Assembly: GCA_021774075.1 (NCBI GenBank)
Contig: JAJFJK010000038.1
Coordinates: 4,880 to 68,879, forward strand
Length of the DNA: 64,000 bases
Reading direction: 5' to 3'
DNA from: Nitrosomonas sp.
GTDB taxonomy: Bacteria; Pseudomonadota; Gammaproteobacteria; Burkholderiales; Nitrosomonadaceae
Position numbers and translations under genes: made by a program
In this document: positions 19,201-28,254 of the stretch, piece after piece
Layout of the letters: every line of letters starts with the position of its first letter
Numbering within the stretch: the stretch's first letter is position 1
Notes under the pieces: generated by a model
Told to the model about the DNA's origin: nothing
Databases searched by the model: none
What the model saw: only the letters and a program-made list of their open reading frames with translations

Positions 19201-20852
19201 AATGACTTCTCTCGAGCTGTGCTCACAAGCGCATCTTGCGTGAGTCGATTTTGCAGAGAAGTGATTAGATTTTCATTGTGTATCAATTTGTTACCGAGAT
19301 GAGTAGATTGGTCACGGAGGTCAGTTACTTGGTCACGGAGGTCAGTTACTTGATCTCGGAGGCCAGTGATGATTTCTTCCCTATATTCAATCAAATCATC
19401 CAGTTGTTCACCTGTCAGCCGCGTTTTCCATTTGTTGAGGATTTTGCCTCTTAATTCGCGAATAACATTTTTATCCTGCTCAATCCCCAAACCGGAATGC
19501 CCATAATTTCTATACACAGCACTCACTTTATCAACATGCAACATTAAGGTGTGTTGTGTTAGCTGAACCCAAAAGTCCCAATCTTCAAAGAATTCCAGGT
19601 TTTCATCAAAGGAACAGCCATCAGCTAGCAGGGAACGTTCAAACAGCACGGCGTGAATTGGGATGAAATTTCTGCCCCAAAGTCGGCGCTGGTCGAATGA
19701 TTCATTAAACTCAGTCGCTGTTGCAAATTTTCCTTCAACATAGTGCTCGACACGAATGCCGGCGTATGCACTACGAAAATTATTTTCATTTTGTAAAGCT
19801 GTAACCAAGCCAGCGATATGTTCAGGATAAAACAGATCGTCATCATCTAGGAAAATCAAATATTCTCCTTTAGCTGCCCCCATACCAATGTTTGCAGCGC
19901 TACTGCGATTCAACGGTTGATCGCTTTCTGCTATACGTAAAGGAAAACGTCCGCACCACTCATCTAGTTTTCTATGCGTGAGGCCCTTGGCATTAACCAC
20001 CACAACTTCAATATTCGAATGGGTTTGCAATGCAACAGAATCCAGTGCCTCAGATAATGTAGGACGATCGATACTGCGAATAATGACACTGACCAGTGAC
20101 ATGTCTTTACTATTTATAGCTAGCCTCAAGGCTTTCTGGCGGCTGTGCTCTGACTGATAAAGCTTAAATGGGTCACCTGCCAGCTCCTCAGCAGACATTA
20201 GAATATATGCCTCGGCTGCCGTCACACTGGCTGGTAGAGTATAAGTGCGATAACGATTGAGTGCGGCAATATGCAGGTCATAGCGTTGCTTTACATTTTG
20301 AGAAGTAAAGCATTCCATAGCAGCAATTTTGCGTGCAGCAAGATCACTAATGTCGAGCAATTGATTGGGTTGGAGTGGAATACCAACTTCATATAGTGCA
20401 AGGCGTACTGTCTTGCCCGTCCTTCTGATTGCTTCTACGACGGCCATTCCAAGCGCTCGATGATCCGGATGCATTTCGAAAATTGATGGTGCATAAATCA
20501 GATCAGCATTCGTTTCACCAATGGCGGTGATAATTTCTTGTATCAGTTTTTCGCTATAGTTGATCTCCCGATCCCGGTATTGCCAGAAAGTGGGTGTGCT
20601 GCAGCCAAGAATTTTGGCGGCAGCAATGCTTTCATTTTGGCGTTGCGCAGTGTATTCAGCAATTTCCCCATCGCTTACACCATGTGCGCCATCGGTCACT
20701 ACAATTACGTTAACGGGTATACCTTGTTCAATATGACGCATAATAGCGCCACCACAACCAAATACCTCATCATCTGGGTGAGGGGCAAACACTAGTGCAT
20801 GTGTGCAAGGGATATTTGTAACGGCTTGATCAGGAACTAGTATGTTTTCCAA
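16245..20852 (-). CDS. 1535-aa multidomain glycan biosynthesis protein: PIG-L/LmbE deacetylase, GT2, coiled coil, RgpF-like domain, HAD-like phosphatase, C-terminal domain
   Basis: PHPDDEVFGCGG (LmbE). A GT2 segment (VSVIIRSIDRP...FLDDDD). Heptad repeat LRDQVTD x3. RgpF-like IAIHAHIFYADL...NRGRDIAP...HIHSKKS. HAD motif IIFDIFDILL. Confidence 0.85.
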   Translation of the reverse strand: MENILVPDQAVTNIPCTHALVFAPHPDDEVFGCGGAIMRHIEQGIPVNVIVVTDGAHGVSDGEIAEYTAQRQNESIAAAKILGCSTPTFWQYRDREINYSEKLIQEIITAIGETNADLIYAPSIFEMHPDHRALGMAVVEAIRRTGKTVRLALYEVGIPLQPNQLLDISDLAARKIAAMECFTSQNVKQRYDLHIAALNRYRTYTLPASVTAAEAYILMSAEELAGDPFKLYQSEHSRQKALRLAINSKDMSLVSVIIRSIDRPTLSEALDSVALQTHSNIEVVVVNAKGLTHRKLDEWCGRFPLRIAESDQPLNRSSAANIGMGAAKGEYLIFLDDDDLFYPEHIAGLVTALQNENNFRSAYAGIRVEHYVEGKFATATEFNESFDQRRLWGRNFIPIHAVLFERSLLADGCSFDENLEFFEDWDFWVQLTQHTLMLHVDKVSAVYRNYGHSGLGIEQDKNVIRELRGKILNKWKTRLTGEQLDDLIEYREEIITGLRDQVTDLRDQVTDLRDQSTHLGNKLIHNENLITSLQNRLTQDALVSTAREKSLHKMIDGLTHSSSWKITAPLRFFTRIVRGQHREALAGLRHRLIPHLKMVYWHLPERLRSVLLNVVYRIAGPLFAGITNYEMWRIRTYGTLTQFLAASEGHLAGMIDVSGTSPLTSMPPGRIAIHAHIFYADLATEFAGFLRNMPFSYDLFVSTPDETTCNLCKQTFSKLSRLEQLTVTIVPNRGRDIAPMFCAFGEALQGYDYICHIHSKKSLYNKGATDGWREYLLTNLLGSESQIRRIFALLTGDQQVGFIYPQNFSGLPYSAYTWLSNKTCGLIWCNKLGIINTPTGYFDFPAGSMFWARSEALRPLFNAKIEIEDFPKEAGQKDATLAHCLERLFVLVTGQAGLNTLILQDTQSNSWSRWRFEQYLERKPENIQAMLADPDIRLIIFDIFDILLLRPLLNPEDIKPIIAQRIGGKTGKLYLELRATAEAYARQKAGRDIGLDAIFEELSILSGLSAESITQLRHLEETLEMESVAPRPEVIALLHSAVNLGKRVILASDMYLPKSTIEAMLKDHGITGWRQLYLSSDIGLRKDTGDLYRHILVQEQVSPNATMMIGDNEHSDIQIPGGMAIQCLHILRPVELARAIPRLGPLIERSLYREDINLQLTLGILVRDNFQPLFFPKFDPSDLVPATPWAIGYAVAGPLVLSFIQWLAAKATADGIQHLHFLAREGQILKMVYDRWFSNDTNAIPADYLVLSRRAVTVPMISNLEDILEIARVNYSSNRLSEFIQVRYGLTLSQAECDEFAQRKLWPKNKLVSVKKNNVDHLIPLLQALEERILAQAQDERPGLLAYLNDMGLNTATSSAIVDIGYAATIQGRLNRLTNCSIHGYYMVTEERAESISSQYDVITQGCFGHYVNAFDNPPLIFVKSFSLEKLLSSDDAQIVRYRLGDSNEILPEFRHLSEEERQAMLTRVEIRRGIMDFVDQSIAVRDKLTDNFQVPADIATALFEAFAENPSKTEQAILGALTLDDHYCGHGLVS
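19308..19370 (-). repeat. In-frame 21-bp tandem repeat (2 perfect units plus 1 degenerate unit) inside the coiled-coil segment
   Basis: ttggtcacggaggtcagttac occurs at 19308-19328 and 19329-19349, with a degenerate third unit at 19350-19370. It encodes LRDQVTD LRDQVTD LRDQSTH. Confidence 0.9.
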
Positions 20853-21047
20853 TAATTTCTCAGTGTTAAGTTAGTATTATGTTCTGAGGTCTTTTTTGAA
20901 CACAAATATTGATTATTTTAACCCGAATGTTTCATGCATTCATATGAAGTTCATGCAGGAGATGGGTTTTACAAAAGGTGAGCAGCATTGAGATTCAAAC
21001 AGTCAAGCAAACAGTTTGATTGCGCCATGAGTAGTCAAGTTGTAAAT

Positions 21048-21267
21048 TATCCTAAAACCTCAGTTGGATGATGCTTAGAGTGCATTGTTGTTTATTTTTA
21101 GCAAGGCGCATTGAGGCGTAATAACTACGCAGCAAAAGGTAAAGAACGGTGTGCTATAAGCATCATAGCGTGGTTCATCTTTAGGGGGACTCGCATTTGC
21201 CAAAACATTTGTTTTGTTTCATGAGATTGTCCATTGTTGAAGCGACCAACTGAGGATTTTAGGATTA
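21048..21267. repeat. ~220-bp intergenic element bounded by ~20-bp inverted repeats
   Basis: tatcctaaaacctcagttgg (21048-21067) pairs with ccaactgaggattttaggatta (21246-21267). A nested inverted repeat is atgatgcttagagtgc / gtgctataagcatcat. Confidence 0.4.
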
Positions 21268-21279
21268 TGCAACAATGCG

Positions 21280-23103
21280 TTACTTGAAATCAGTATCGCC
21301 ACTCATTAACCACCAATGATTTTTCAGTATTTCGGGGGCCGGGCCGTCGCTCCAGGCGTTTGTTGGTATGCGAATATTCAATGTTTGCTGCGTTCCGCCC
21401 GTGCCAGCAAAATGTGCAGCAAAATTTTCTGTAATACGACAGAGTACTCGATTAATGCCATGCATACTCGCAAGCCGTCTGGCATGAATAACCATTACTG
21501 GAATTTCGCATAAAGGTGCAACAATGTCGATGATTTCGCAGTATTCAGGATTGTAACGTAGCACTAAGATGCCACGTACACGTTCATTGAAACGGTTTTT
21601 CACCAGCATGATTTGATACTGTTGACTGGGATGGTCGAGATAACGGTGTTGTAGATATTGCCAATCTCGTACACCGATGATTGACTCTTGCAGATCTGCA
21701 GCCATACGCTGCCAGCATTCATCGATAGCAGTAGTTGTAAATTCTGTTTGATTATGATCAAACGGGTGTAGGCGTGTTCCCCATAGGGGTATGCGTGACA
21801 TGGCGTTCCATGAAAATTCAAGCATATGTCCAACCTCGGCGTATAACCCATGCCGTTCGGCAACTTTCATTGCACGTTCATTTGGGAAGCCAAAACCCAC
21901 TAGATAGGGTTTGCCGTATCCGATGTAGCGTTCCAGAAAAGTTGCTGCCATGAGGAAAAAGGGTCCTTTTTTGGTAAGGATGCCGCGCTCACTTGCATCA
22001 ACGATGACGTCGCCAATTTGTACGGCGGTTTGCGGTTGTCCAAAAAATAAGATTTTTCGGCTAAGGCCACCATAGTGGGCAATTAATTGATTTTCCCGCC
22101 ATATGCAAATTTCAGCTCCTGGATTTGAACCATATTTCCATTGCCAGGTTTCCGGTGTCATACGGTGGTTAAATGTTTTTTCAAATAAGGCAAGCATTTC
22201 GGGCACCTGATCTTTTTTCAGTCGTTGCAGGCGCCATTTGGGCGTTGATTTTTTCCTGAAATGCAATAGGCCATAGCCATAATGTCCGCTGGCATATTTT
22301 TTTTGATAATTACGATTTGATTCGTCCAGTTGTATCAACTGTTCTTCGCTTAAATTCAGTTCCTGAACCAGACGCTTGCGGTGCACCGCTGTCATGTGTA
22401 GCAGATAATCTAGCGTGGGCGCGGCCATGGTGGATAAATCCAGGCGTTCAACCAGTTCAAATCCAAATCGTTCGGCCAGTGCTATCATATCGTCAAGCAG
22501 GTGCAATCTTTCCATTTCTGTCTCAACGCGTTGCAATGCAAATTCATCCAGGATTAATAGGTTGCCGGATGAAGACAGCAAATCCGACGCCTTATTAAAA
22601 ATAACCAATGGTTCAATATATTGTGCGGATTCTTGAAACAACATAACATCGAAGCTTTTTGCCCCGGATTCAAAGTCTTCCAGGTATTGACAAGTAATGG
22701 TTGCTGATTTGTCCAGATATTTGTGGATATGATGAATTTGTTGTGCATCGGGGGTGATGCCATGCACGTGATGGCCTTGTTGCGTAAGTAGAGAAAAAGT
22801 GGCACCAAGGCCAACGCCCACTTCCAGAATGCGGCAAGAGGAAGCAGGCAGTCTGGAGATGAGCAAGTCCGTTGAATATTGCTGTGCTGTCTGAAGATCG
22901 GTTTCGTGATTCTCAAATAGTCCGTAATGTAAATAGGTTGCTTTCCCTTCCTGCAAGAGCAGTGTGTGGGCATAGACATTTAGCGGAAAGGTCAGATCCT
23001 TATAGGGTGAAGGCGATGCGGTAGAGAAAGAATCGATACGATTGCTTAGCCGGAATAATTTTGTTTTGTCTGTTGTGAATTTTTGGTTAATGGTCATTTT
23101 CAC
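21280..23103 (-). CDS. Two-domain protein: N-terminal class I SAM-dependent methyltransferase plus a C-terminal acyltransferase-like (GNAT/FemAB-like, tentative) domain
   Basis: SAM-binding motif ILEVGVGLGATF. Located in the Wzm/Wzt glycan cluster. The C-terminal domain assignment is tentative. Confidence 0.7.
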   Translation of the reverse strand: MKMTINQKFTTDKTKLFRLSNRIDSFSTASPSPYKDLTFPLNVYAHTLLLQEGKATYLHYGLFENHETDLQTAQQYSTDLLISRLPASSCRILEVGVGLGATFSLLTQQGHHVHGITPDAQQIHHIHKYLDKSATITCQYLEDFESGAKSFDVMLFQESAQYIEPLVIFNKASDLLSSSGNLLILDEFALQRVETEMERLHLLDDMIALAERFGFELVERLDLSTMAAPTLDYLLHMTAVHRKRLVQELNLSEEQLIQLDESNRNYQKKYASGHYGYGLLHFRKKSTPKWRLQRLKKDQVPEMLALFEKTFNHRMTPETWQWKYGSNPGAEICIWRENQLIAHYGGLSRKILFFGQPQTAVQIGDVIVDASERGILTKKGPFFLMAATFLERYIGYGKPYLVGFGFPNERAMKVAERHGLYAEVGHMLEFSWNAMSRIPLWGTRLHPFDHNQTEFTTTAIDECWQRMAADLQESIIGVRDWQYLQHRYLDHPSQQYQIMLVKNRFNERVRGILVLRYNPEYCEIIDIVAPLCEIPVMVIHARRLASMHGINRVLCRITENFAAHFAGTGGTQQTLNIRIPTNAWSDGPAPEILKNHWWLMSGDTDFK

Positions 23104-24388
23104 GATTAGTGGTTATGCTACCATTTTCCCATCGATGGGGAATCGAAAAGTAGCCTTGTAATCGGCCTGTCTGTTGCACCTGCAAGGTTGCCGCGCCTTC
23201 TGCTGAATCATAAAGATGCAAACCACGCTCACATAATAAATATGCATTTACCAGGTATTCTCCCTTAAGCAGTGGCAGATGATCCAGGTTGAGACAAATT
23301 TGGGATGATCCATCTGCTTTTCGCTGCATGCTTATGCCATCTTCCCATGTGGCCGCACTGGTGAGTGTGCGTCCATCCATAGTATGTAGCGTAACAGCTA
23401 CGCTAGGACAAGGCAATGTTGGATCAGAAGCAAAAGCAACTTGTATCATGATACTTGATTTGCCGCTAATAATAACAGCGTGTTGGTCACTTGCGTCATC
23501 AATGACGACGTTTACTGTTTTAAGATATGCGCTACCACTTGTCTGCTCAACTTCCGCGATGGGTGAAATTTTATTGTTAATAGCGGGTTCATCGGGAGCA
23601 TCCAGTAAATTTTTATCCAGAAATGCCTGATAAGCGGCAACCACCTGAGCTGAGTCGCCATCGGCCATTAATTTCCCATTATTGATCCAGATAGCGCGTG
23701 AACATAAAGATTCAACCTGAAATAAGGAATGGGAGCAAAATAAAATGGTTTTGCCTGCATCATGCATTTGCATAATGCGGTTAAATGATTTACGGGAAAA
23801 AGCACCATCACCGACTGATAACGCTTCATCAATAACCAGGATATCAGGATCTACATTAATCGCCACCGAGAAGGCTAGGCGTACATACATGCCGCTGGAA
23901 TAAGTTTTAACCGGTTGATCAATGAAACTGCGAATGCCGGAGAAATCAATGATATCTTCCATGCGATCAGCAATTTCTGACTGATTCAAGCCCATGATTG
24001 CTGCACCCATCAGAATATTCTCGCGTCCGGTAAACTCTGGACTAAACCCAGCACCCAGTTCCAGTAATGCAGCAATACGCCCGCTTACCTGTATTGTTCC
24101 GCTAGTGGGTGTCAAAGTGCCGCAAACCAATTGCAACAGCGTTGATTTTCCTGAGCCGTTCTGACCAACAATGCCAACCACTTCACCGGGCATTATCGTT
24201 AGATCAAAATCGCGTAGCGCCCATAACTCACGATAATACTGGCGTTTGCCACGCCATAAGAATTGCATGAGCCGGTCTTTGGGTTGTTTGTACAGCTGAT
24301 AGCATTTGGATAGCTTGAGTGCTTGAATAGCTGCGTCAGAATTTTGGGATTTAAAGGACATCGGCAAATCCCTTACGCGTTTTTTCAA
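23087..24388 (-). CDS. wzt: Polysaccharide ABC exporter ATP-binding protein Wzt with a C-terminal extension
   Basis: NBD motifs [22 protein letters not shown] and LVIDEALSVGD, plus a ~180-aa C-terminal domain as in O-antigen Wzt proteins. Confidence 0.88.
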   Translation of the reverse strand: MKKRVRDLPMSFKSQNSDAAIQALKLSKCYQLYKQPKDRLMQFLWRGKRQYYRELWALRDFDLTIMPGEVVGIVGQNGSGKSTLLQLVCGTLTPTSGTIQVSGRIAALLELGAGFSPEFTGRENILMGAAIMGLNQSEIADRMEDIIDFSGIRSFIDQPVKTYSSGMYVRLAFSVAINVDPDILVIDEALSVGDGAFSRKSFNRIMQMHDAGKTILFCSHSLFQVESLCSRAIWINNGKLMADGDSAQVVAAYQAFLDKNLLDAPDEPAINNKISPIAEVEQTSGSAYLKTVNVVIDDASDQHAVIISGKSSIMIQVAFASDPTLPCPSVAVTLHTMDGRTLTSAATWEDGISMQRKADGSSQICLNLDHLPLLKGEYLVNAYLLCERGLHLYDSAEGAATLQVQQTGRLQGYFSIPHRWENGSITTNRENDH

Positions 24389-25175
24389 ACCAGATCAGGC
24401 CGATCCAGGCGCTTAGTAAGGCGACGGCATAATATATAAGGAGGCCGATCCAATTCGGTAATTGATCATATAAAACCACTCCCCGCGTCTGTTCAATGAT
24501 AAAAGTAAGCGGATTAAGATACAGATAATCCCGGACGGATTGCGGTAGCGCGGAAGCGGGATAAAAAATTGGGCTCATGAATAACAGCATGGTAAGCAAT
24601 AAACCAATGAATTGGCCGATGTCCCGTACAAATACACCCACCGAGGCGAGCAGCCAGGAAAACCCCATGATCAGTAATAACAGGGGCAGTATGATAATAG
24701 GCAGGAATAAAAGCGTCCAGGTGACAGTATGGCCGGTTGCAAACAGAAAGATTAGCAAAACAAAAAAACTAATGCAGGCATGAAACAATGCAGCGCCCAA
24801 TTGCACCCAGGGCAGTATTTCCAATGGAAAAATGATTTTCTTGACATAATTAACGTTAGACAAAATCAACCGCGGTGCGCGTGAAATACATTCAGAGAAC
24901 AAATTAAACACAATTAATCCGGCAAATAACAGTAGCGCAAATTCAAACCGGTTGTCACTACTGTCAACATTTTCCAGGCGTACTTTAAACACAACGCTAA
25001 ACACAAAAGTGTAGATTGCCAGCATTAAAAGGGGCGTGACAAAGGACCATAATAGTCCAAGAAACGAGCCACGATAACGGCTGATCACCTCACGCTTAAC
25101 CATCTGCAGCACAAGTGGATGGTGTTGCCGCAGGCTCAGAAAAATATTCAAAAAGGTGGTTTTAGATTGGTGCAA
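24351..25175 (-). CDS. wzm: ABC-2 type polysaccharide exporter permease Wzm
   Basis: 274 aa with 6 TM segments and the N-terminal REVISRYRGSFLGLLW ABC-2 signature. Overlaps wzt. Confidence 0.88.
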   Translation of the reverse strand: MHQSKTTFLNIFLSLRQHHPLVLQMVKREVISRYRGSFLGLLWSFVTPLLMLAIYTFVFSVVFKVRLENVDSSDNRFEFALLLFAGLIVFNLFSECISRAPRLILSNVNYVKKIIFPLEILPWVQLGAALFHACISFFVLLIFLFATGHTVTWTLLFLPIIILPLLLLIMGFSWLLASVGVFVRDIGQFIGLLLTMLLFMSPIFYPASALPQSVRDYLYLNPLTFIIEQTRGVVLYDQLPNWIGLLIYYAVALLSAWIGLIWFEKTRKGFADVL

Positions 25176-25709
25176 GAAGTAAAATTAAAGTAAATGAAAT
25201 AAATATTATCGCAGATTTAGGCGTGAATCTGATTAGTGTTTTGGCTGATTATGTATAATTCCGTTACAGAATGGGGATGCCTGAAAACAATTATTTTGTT
25301 GCATAGCCTATTGAAGACTAAGCCATAAACCAACTATATTCGGTTATATTATTTGATTCAGAATGAGTCAACTATATCAATAGGAAATTATATTTTATGT
25401 CCTGGAGAATTATAAACTTCTAGAAAAAGCAGGTTGTTACCCGTTACTTTAAAATGAATGCATGAATTTATTCTGCTATATTGCTGCACATTGTTGTAAT
25501 TTAACAACAAGCCTGAAGTAAAACTTGAGTGATATACTTGCCAACCGCGTTTGTTTTGGGCAGAATGCGACTTAACTTGGCTTTTATGGTATTTTCTGCT
25601 AGGCAAATTACAGTTCTGGCAGGGTTGCTGAGAGACAATGTGAAAAGTGAAAAACTTGCAAGTAATTTACTTTCGAAATATTTTTTAATTTTTAATCAAG
25701 GGAGCTCCC

Positions 25710-28058
25710 ATGGCTATAACTAGTGAACAACAGAGTGACATTCTGAAGGTTGTTGCAGGTCTGTTTAATGCAGCACCAGGTGGAAGCAATTTATCTGACT
25801 TAGCAAGTCAGGTGGATGGTGGCGTATCTGTACAACAGCTTGCAGATGGTTTGGCGGCACATCCAACATTTACCAATGGCGTTATGGCTGGTAAGGTTAC
25901 AACAGCAGCTCAGACTGGTGTTCTGTTGGGTAACTTTGGCTTGGCTGCAGGTAATGCTGATGCAACCAGTGCTGATGCTCAAGCTGAGGCTTTCTTTACC
26001 TCTCAGATTGACGCAGGTGTTGGCTTTGGTGCGATCGTTTATGAGGCAGTGACTTTCCTGTCAGGTACTGTTGGATCAGAGTTCACTGAAACACAAACTT
26101 TGCTGAATAATAAAGTGTTGGTTTCAGAGGCCTTTTCAGCAAGTAGCTCCTCAGATGATTTAAGTGAGCTGCAAAATGTACTTTCCAATGTAACTGGCAC
26201 AGCGCCATTTACACAGGCAGATGTAGATGCAGCTTTGGATGATTCTGGGTCATCTGGAACGGGTCAAACATTTACGCTGACAACCGGTACTGATAATGTA
26301 ATTGGTACTTCTAGTAATGATACTATTATTGGTGAGCTGACACCGCTTGTAAGCATTGATGCTTCAGATCAAATAAATGGTGGTAGTGGAACTGATACAT
26401 TTAAGATATTTGGTGCTTTTACTGGCGGAACTTCAGCAACAGGTGTTCTTTCGAATATAGAGACTCTGTTTGTTGCGAATGTTGCTGCTGCTGCCCAGAA
26501 CTTTACTACCCTAACTAAAGCAGGCCAGGGTATTGAGATGATTGAAATCGATAATGCATCATTATTGACTGGTCACACGATCACAACAACGACTGGTCAA
26601 ACTTTGAGCCTTTCAACTGGTTCAGCGAATGGCGCAACAGCTGGTGCTGTAACATGGGCGGGTCCTGTAGCCGACGCTTCATTGAATCTTTATCTTAACG
26701 GCTATCAAGGTGGTGTAGGTGTCACTCCAGCTGCTTTTACTGCTACAGGCGCTTTAGCGACAACGGTAAACATTAATTCAATTGGTGCGTCTAACGCAAC
26801 GGGTACATTTACAGGCCCTACATCTACATTGGATCATGTCATAACAGGCGACCAAAAATTCACCTATGCATTAGCAGCTGCTGATGCTGCTGCGCTGAAC
26901 GGCATAGATGCCAGTGGAAACACAGCTGGAGGAGTTAATGTCAATACAACAGCAGCTACGACAAAAGCAGCATTCACATTTGTAGGTGGTGCGGGTGATG
27001 ATTCGATTACTGTAGCAGATAATAATCTGGGGTCGTTGACTGCGGGTAGCCAACTTGATGGTGGTGCGGGTACCAAGGATAAGCTGGGTATTTTTGATAC
27101 CGCTTTAACTGCTGCAGAGACAACCGCGATTAATGCAGCACTAAACTTTGAAGTGTTGGGTTTAAATGCAGCCATAACACTTGATGGTTCTTCTTTAACC
27201 TCAGTACAATCGTTTGCGATTGATACAGCAGCGCTTACAGATGTGATCACTAATATGGCAACAGGTGCGAATGTTGCGTTGAACGCATCTTCAACTGCAC
27301 AAACATACAGTGGCGCTGTTGGCGTGAATGATCTGAGTATTGACATTGGTTCTGGAACAAATGCTGCGATCACATCAACCGCCCTGACAATTGGTCAAAC
27401 AGCGGTTGCTTTAAGCTCAAATGGTGTTACTGGTACGACTAATGTAATTACCACTTTAGCCAATGCAGACAACAGTGTTTATACCGTTACGGGTTCTGCA
27501 GGTTTGACAATTACCAATGCAACTGCTGCAACAGCAACGGGTACAAAATTTGATGGTTCTGCAATGACAGGTGCTTTGACAATTGTTGGTAACGCAACAG
27601 CATTTGCTACAGGCAGTGGTTTGGGCGATATTATCATCGGTGGTAGTGTTGCTGATACGATTACGTCAAGTGTTAACGGCGCAACCATGACAGGTAATGG
27701 TGGTGCAGATAACTTTAATGTAAGTGTCGCATTAGGTGGTATAAGTGCTACAGCGATGTTGCCTACTGTCACTGATTTCACTAAAGGTGATATTCTTACG
27801 TTCGGTGCTACTGCAGGTGCATTTACTGCTGCGAAAGTTGATTTGTCAGGAGCAGCTAATGTAGCTGCAGCGCTTGACTTATTAGCTGCTGGAAGCAACA
27901 GCGACCTGAAATGGGGTAATTTCGGCGGTAATACATATGTTGTTGATGATGTCGATGCAGGTGCAACATTTGCAGCGACTGATACTGGTGTCGTGCTTAC
28001 AGGTACACTGGATCTCTCAACCAGTACGTTCGCAGCTAACGCTATTACATTCGTTTAA
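25710..28058 (+). CDS. RsaA-like S-layer protein (T1SS substrate)
   Basis: 782 aa, Cys-free, rich in Thr/Ala/Gly/Ser, with no Sec signal peptide. Contains FTLTTGTDNVIGTSSNDTIIG. RTX-like GGxGxD motifs are GGSGTDTF, GGAGDDSI and GNGGADNF. The C-terminus KWGNFGGNTYVVDDVDAGATFAATDTGVVLTGTLDLSTSTFAANAITFV resembles the RsaA secretion signal region. Confidence 0.85.
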   Translation: MAITSEQQSDILKVVAGLFNAAPGGSNLSDLASQVDGGVSVQQLADGLAAHPTFTNGVMAGKVTTAAQTGVLLGNFGLAAGNADATSADAQAEAFFTSQIDAGVGFGAIVYEAVTFLSGTVGSEFTETQTLLNNKVLVSEAFSASSSSDDLSELQNVLSNVTGTAPFTQADVDAALDDSGSSGTGQTFTLTTGTDNVIGTSSNDTIIGELTPLVSIDASDQINGGSGTDTFKIFGAFTGGTSATGVLSNIETLFVANVAAAAQNFTTLTKAGQGIEMIEIDNASLLTGHTITTTTGQTLSLSTGSANGATAGAVTWAGPVADASLNLYLNGYQGGVGVTPAAFTATGALATTVNINSIGASNATGTFTGPTSTLDHVITGDQKFTYALAAADAAALNGIDASGNTAGGVNVNTTAATTKAAFTFVGGAGDDSITVADNNLGSLTAGSQLDGGAGTKDKLGIFDTALTAAETTAINAALNFEVLGLNAAITLDGSSLTSVQSFAIDTAALTDVITNMATGANVALNASSTAQTYSGAVGVNDLSIDIGSGTNAAITSTALTIGQTAVALSSNGVTGTTNVITTLANADNSVYTVTGSAGLTITNATAATATGTKFDGSAMTGALTIVGNATAFATGSGLGDIIIGGSVADTITSSVNGATMTGNGGADNFNVSVALGGISATAMLPTVTDFTKGDILTFGATAGAFTAAKVDLSGAANVAAALDLLAAGSNSDLKWGNFGGNTYVVDDVDAGATFAATDTGVVLTGTLDLSTSTFAANAITFV

Positions 28059-28112
28059 TCTTCATTGCAAGAGACACATCTGGCTGAGAGGCTGGATGTG
28101 GCGAAAACTAAA

Positions 28113-28144
28113 AAGCCCTACCAGTACTTGGTGGGGCTTTTTTG
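28113..28144 (+). terminator. Rho-independent terminator of the S-layer gene
   Basis: The stem agccctacca / tggtggggct (one G-U pair) is followed by a TTTTTT tract. Confidence 0.8.
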
Positions 28145-28216
28145 TATATTACTGTTAAGCGGATTAGCTCGGTACGGCGGATAAGCAGAGCGTCATCCGC
28201 CGTAACTGAACAAATG

Positions 28217-28254
28217 AAAAACCTTCAGTCTAGCAATAGGCTGAAGGTTTTTTG
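28217..28254. terminator. Second hairpin terminator (potentially bidirectional)
   Basis: aaaaaccttcag ... ctgaaggttttt: a 9-bp perfect stem flanked by A and T tracts. Confidence 0.55.
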
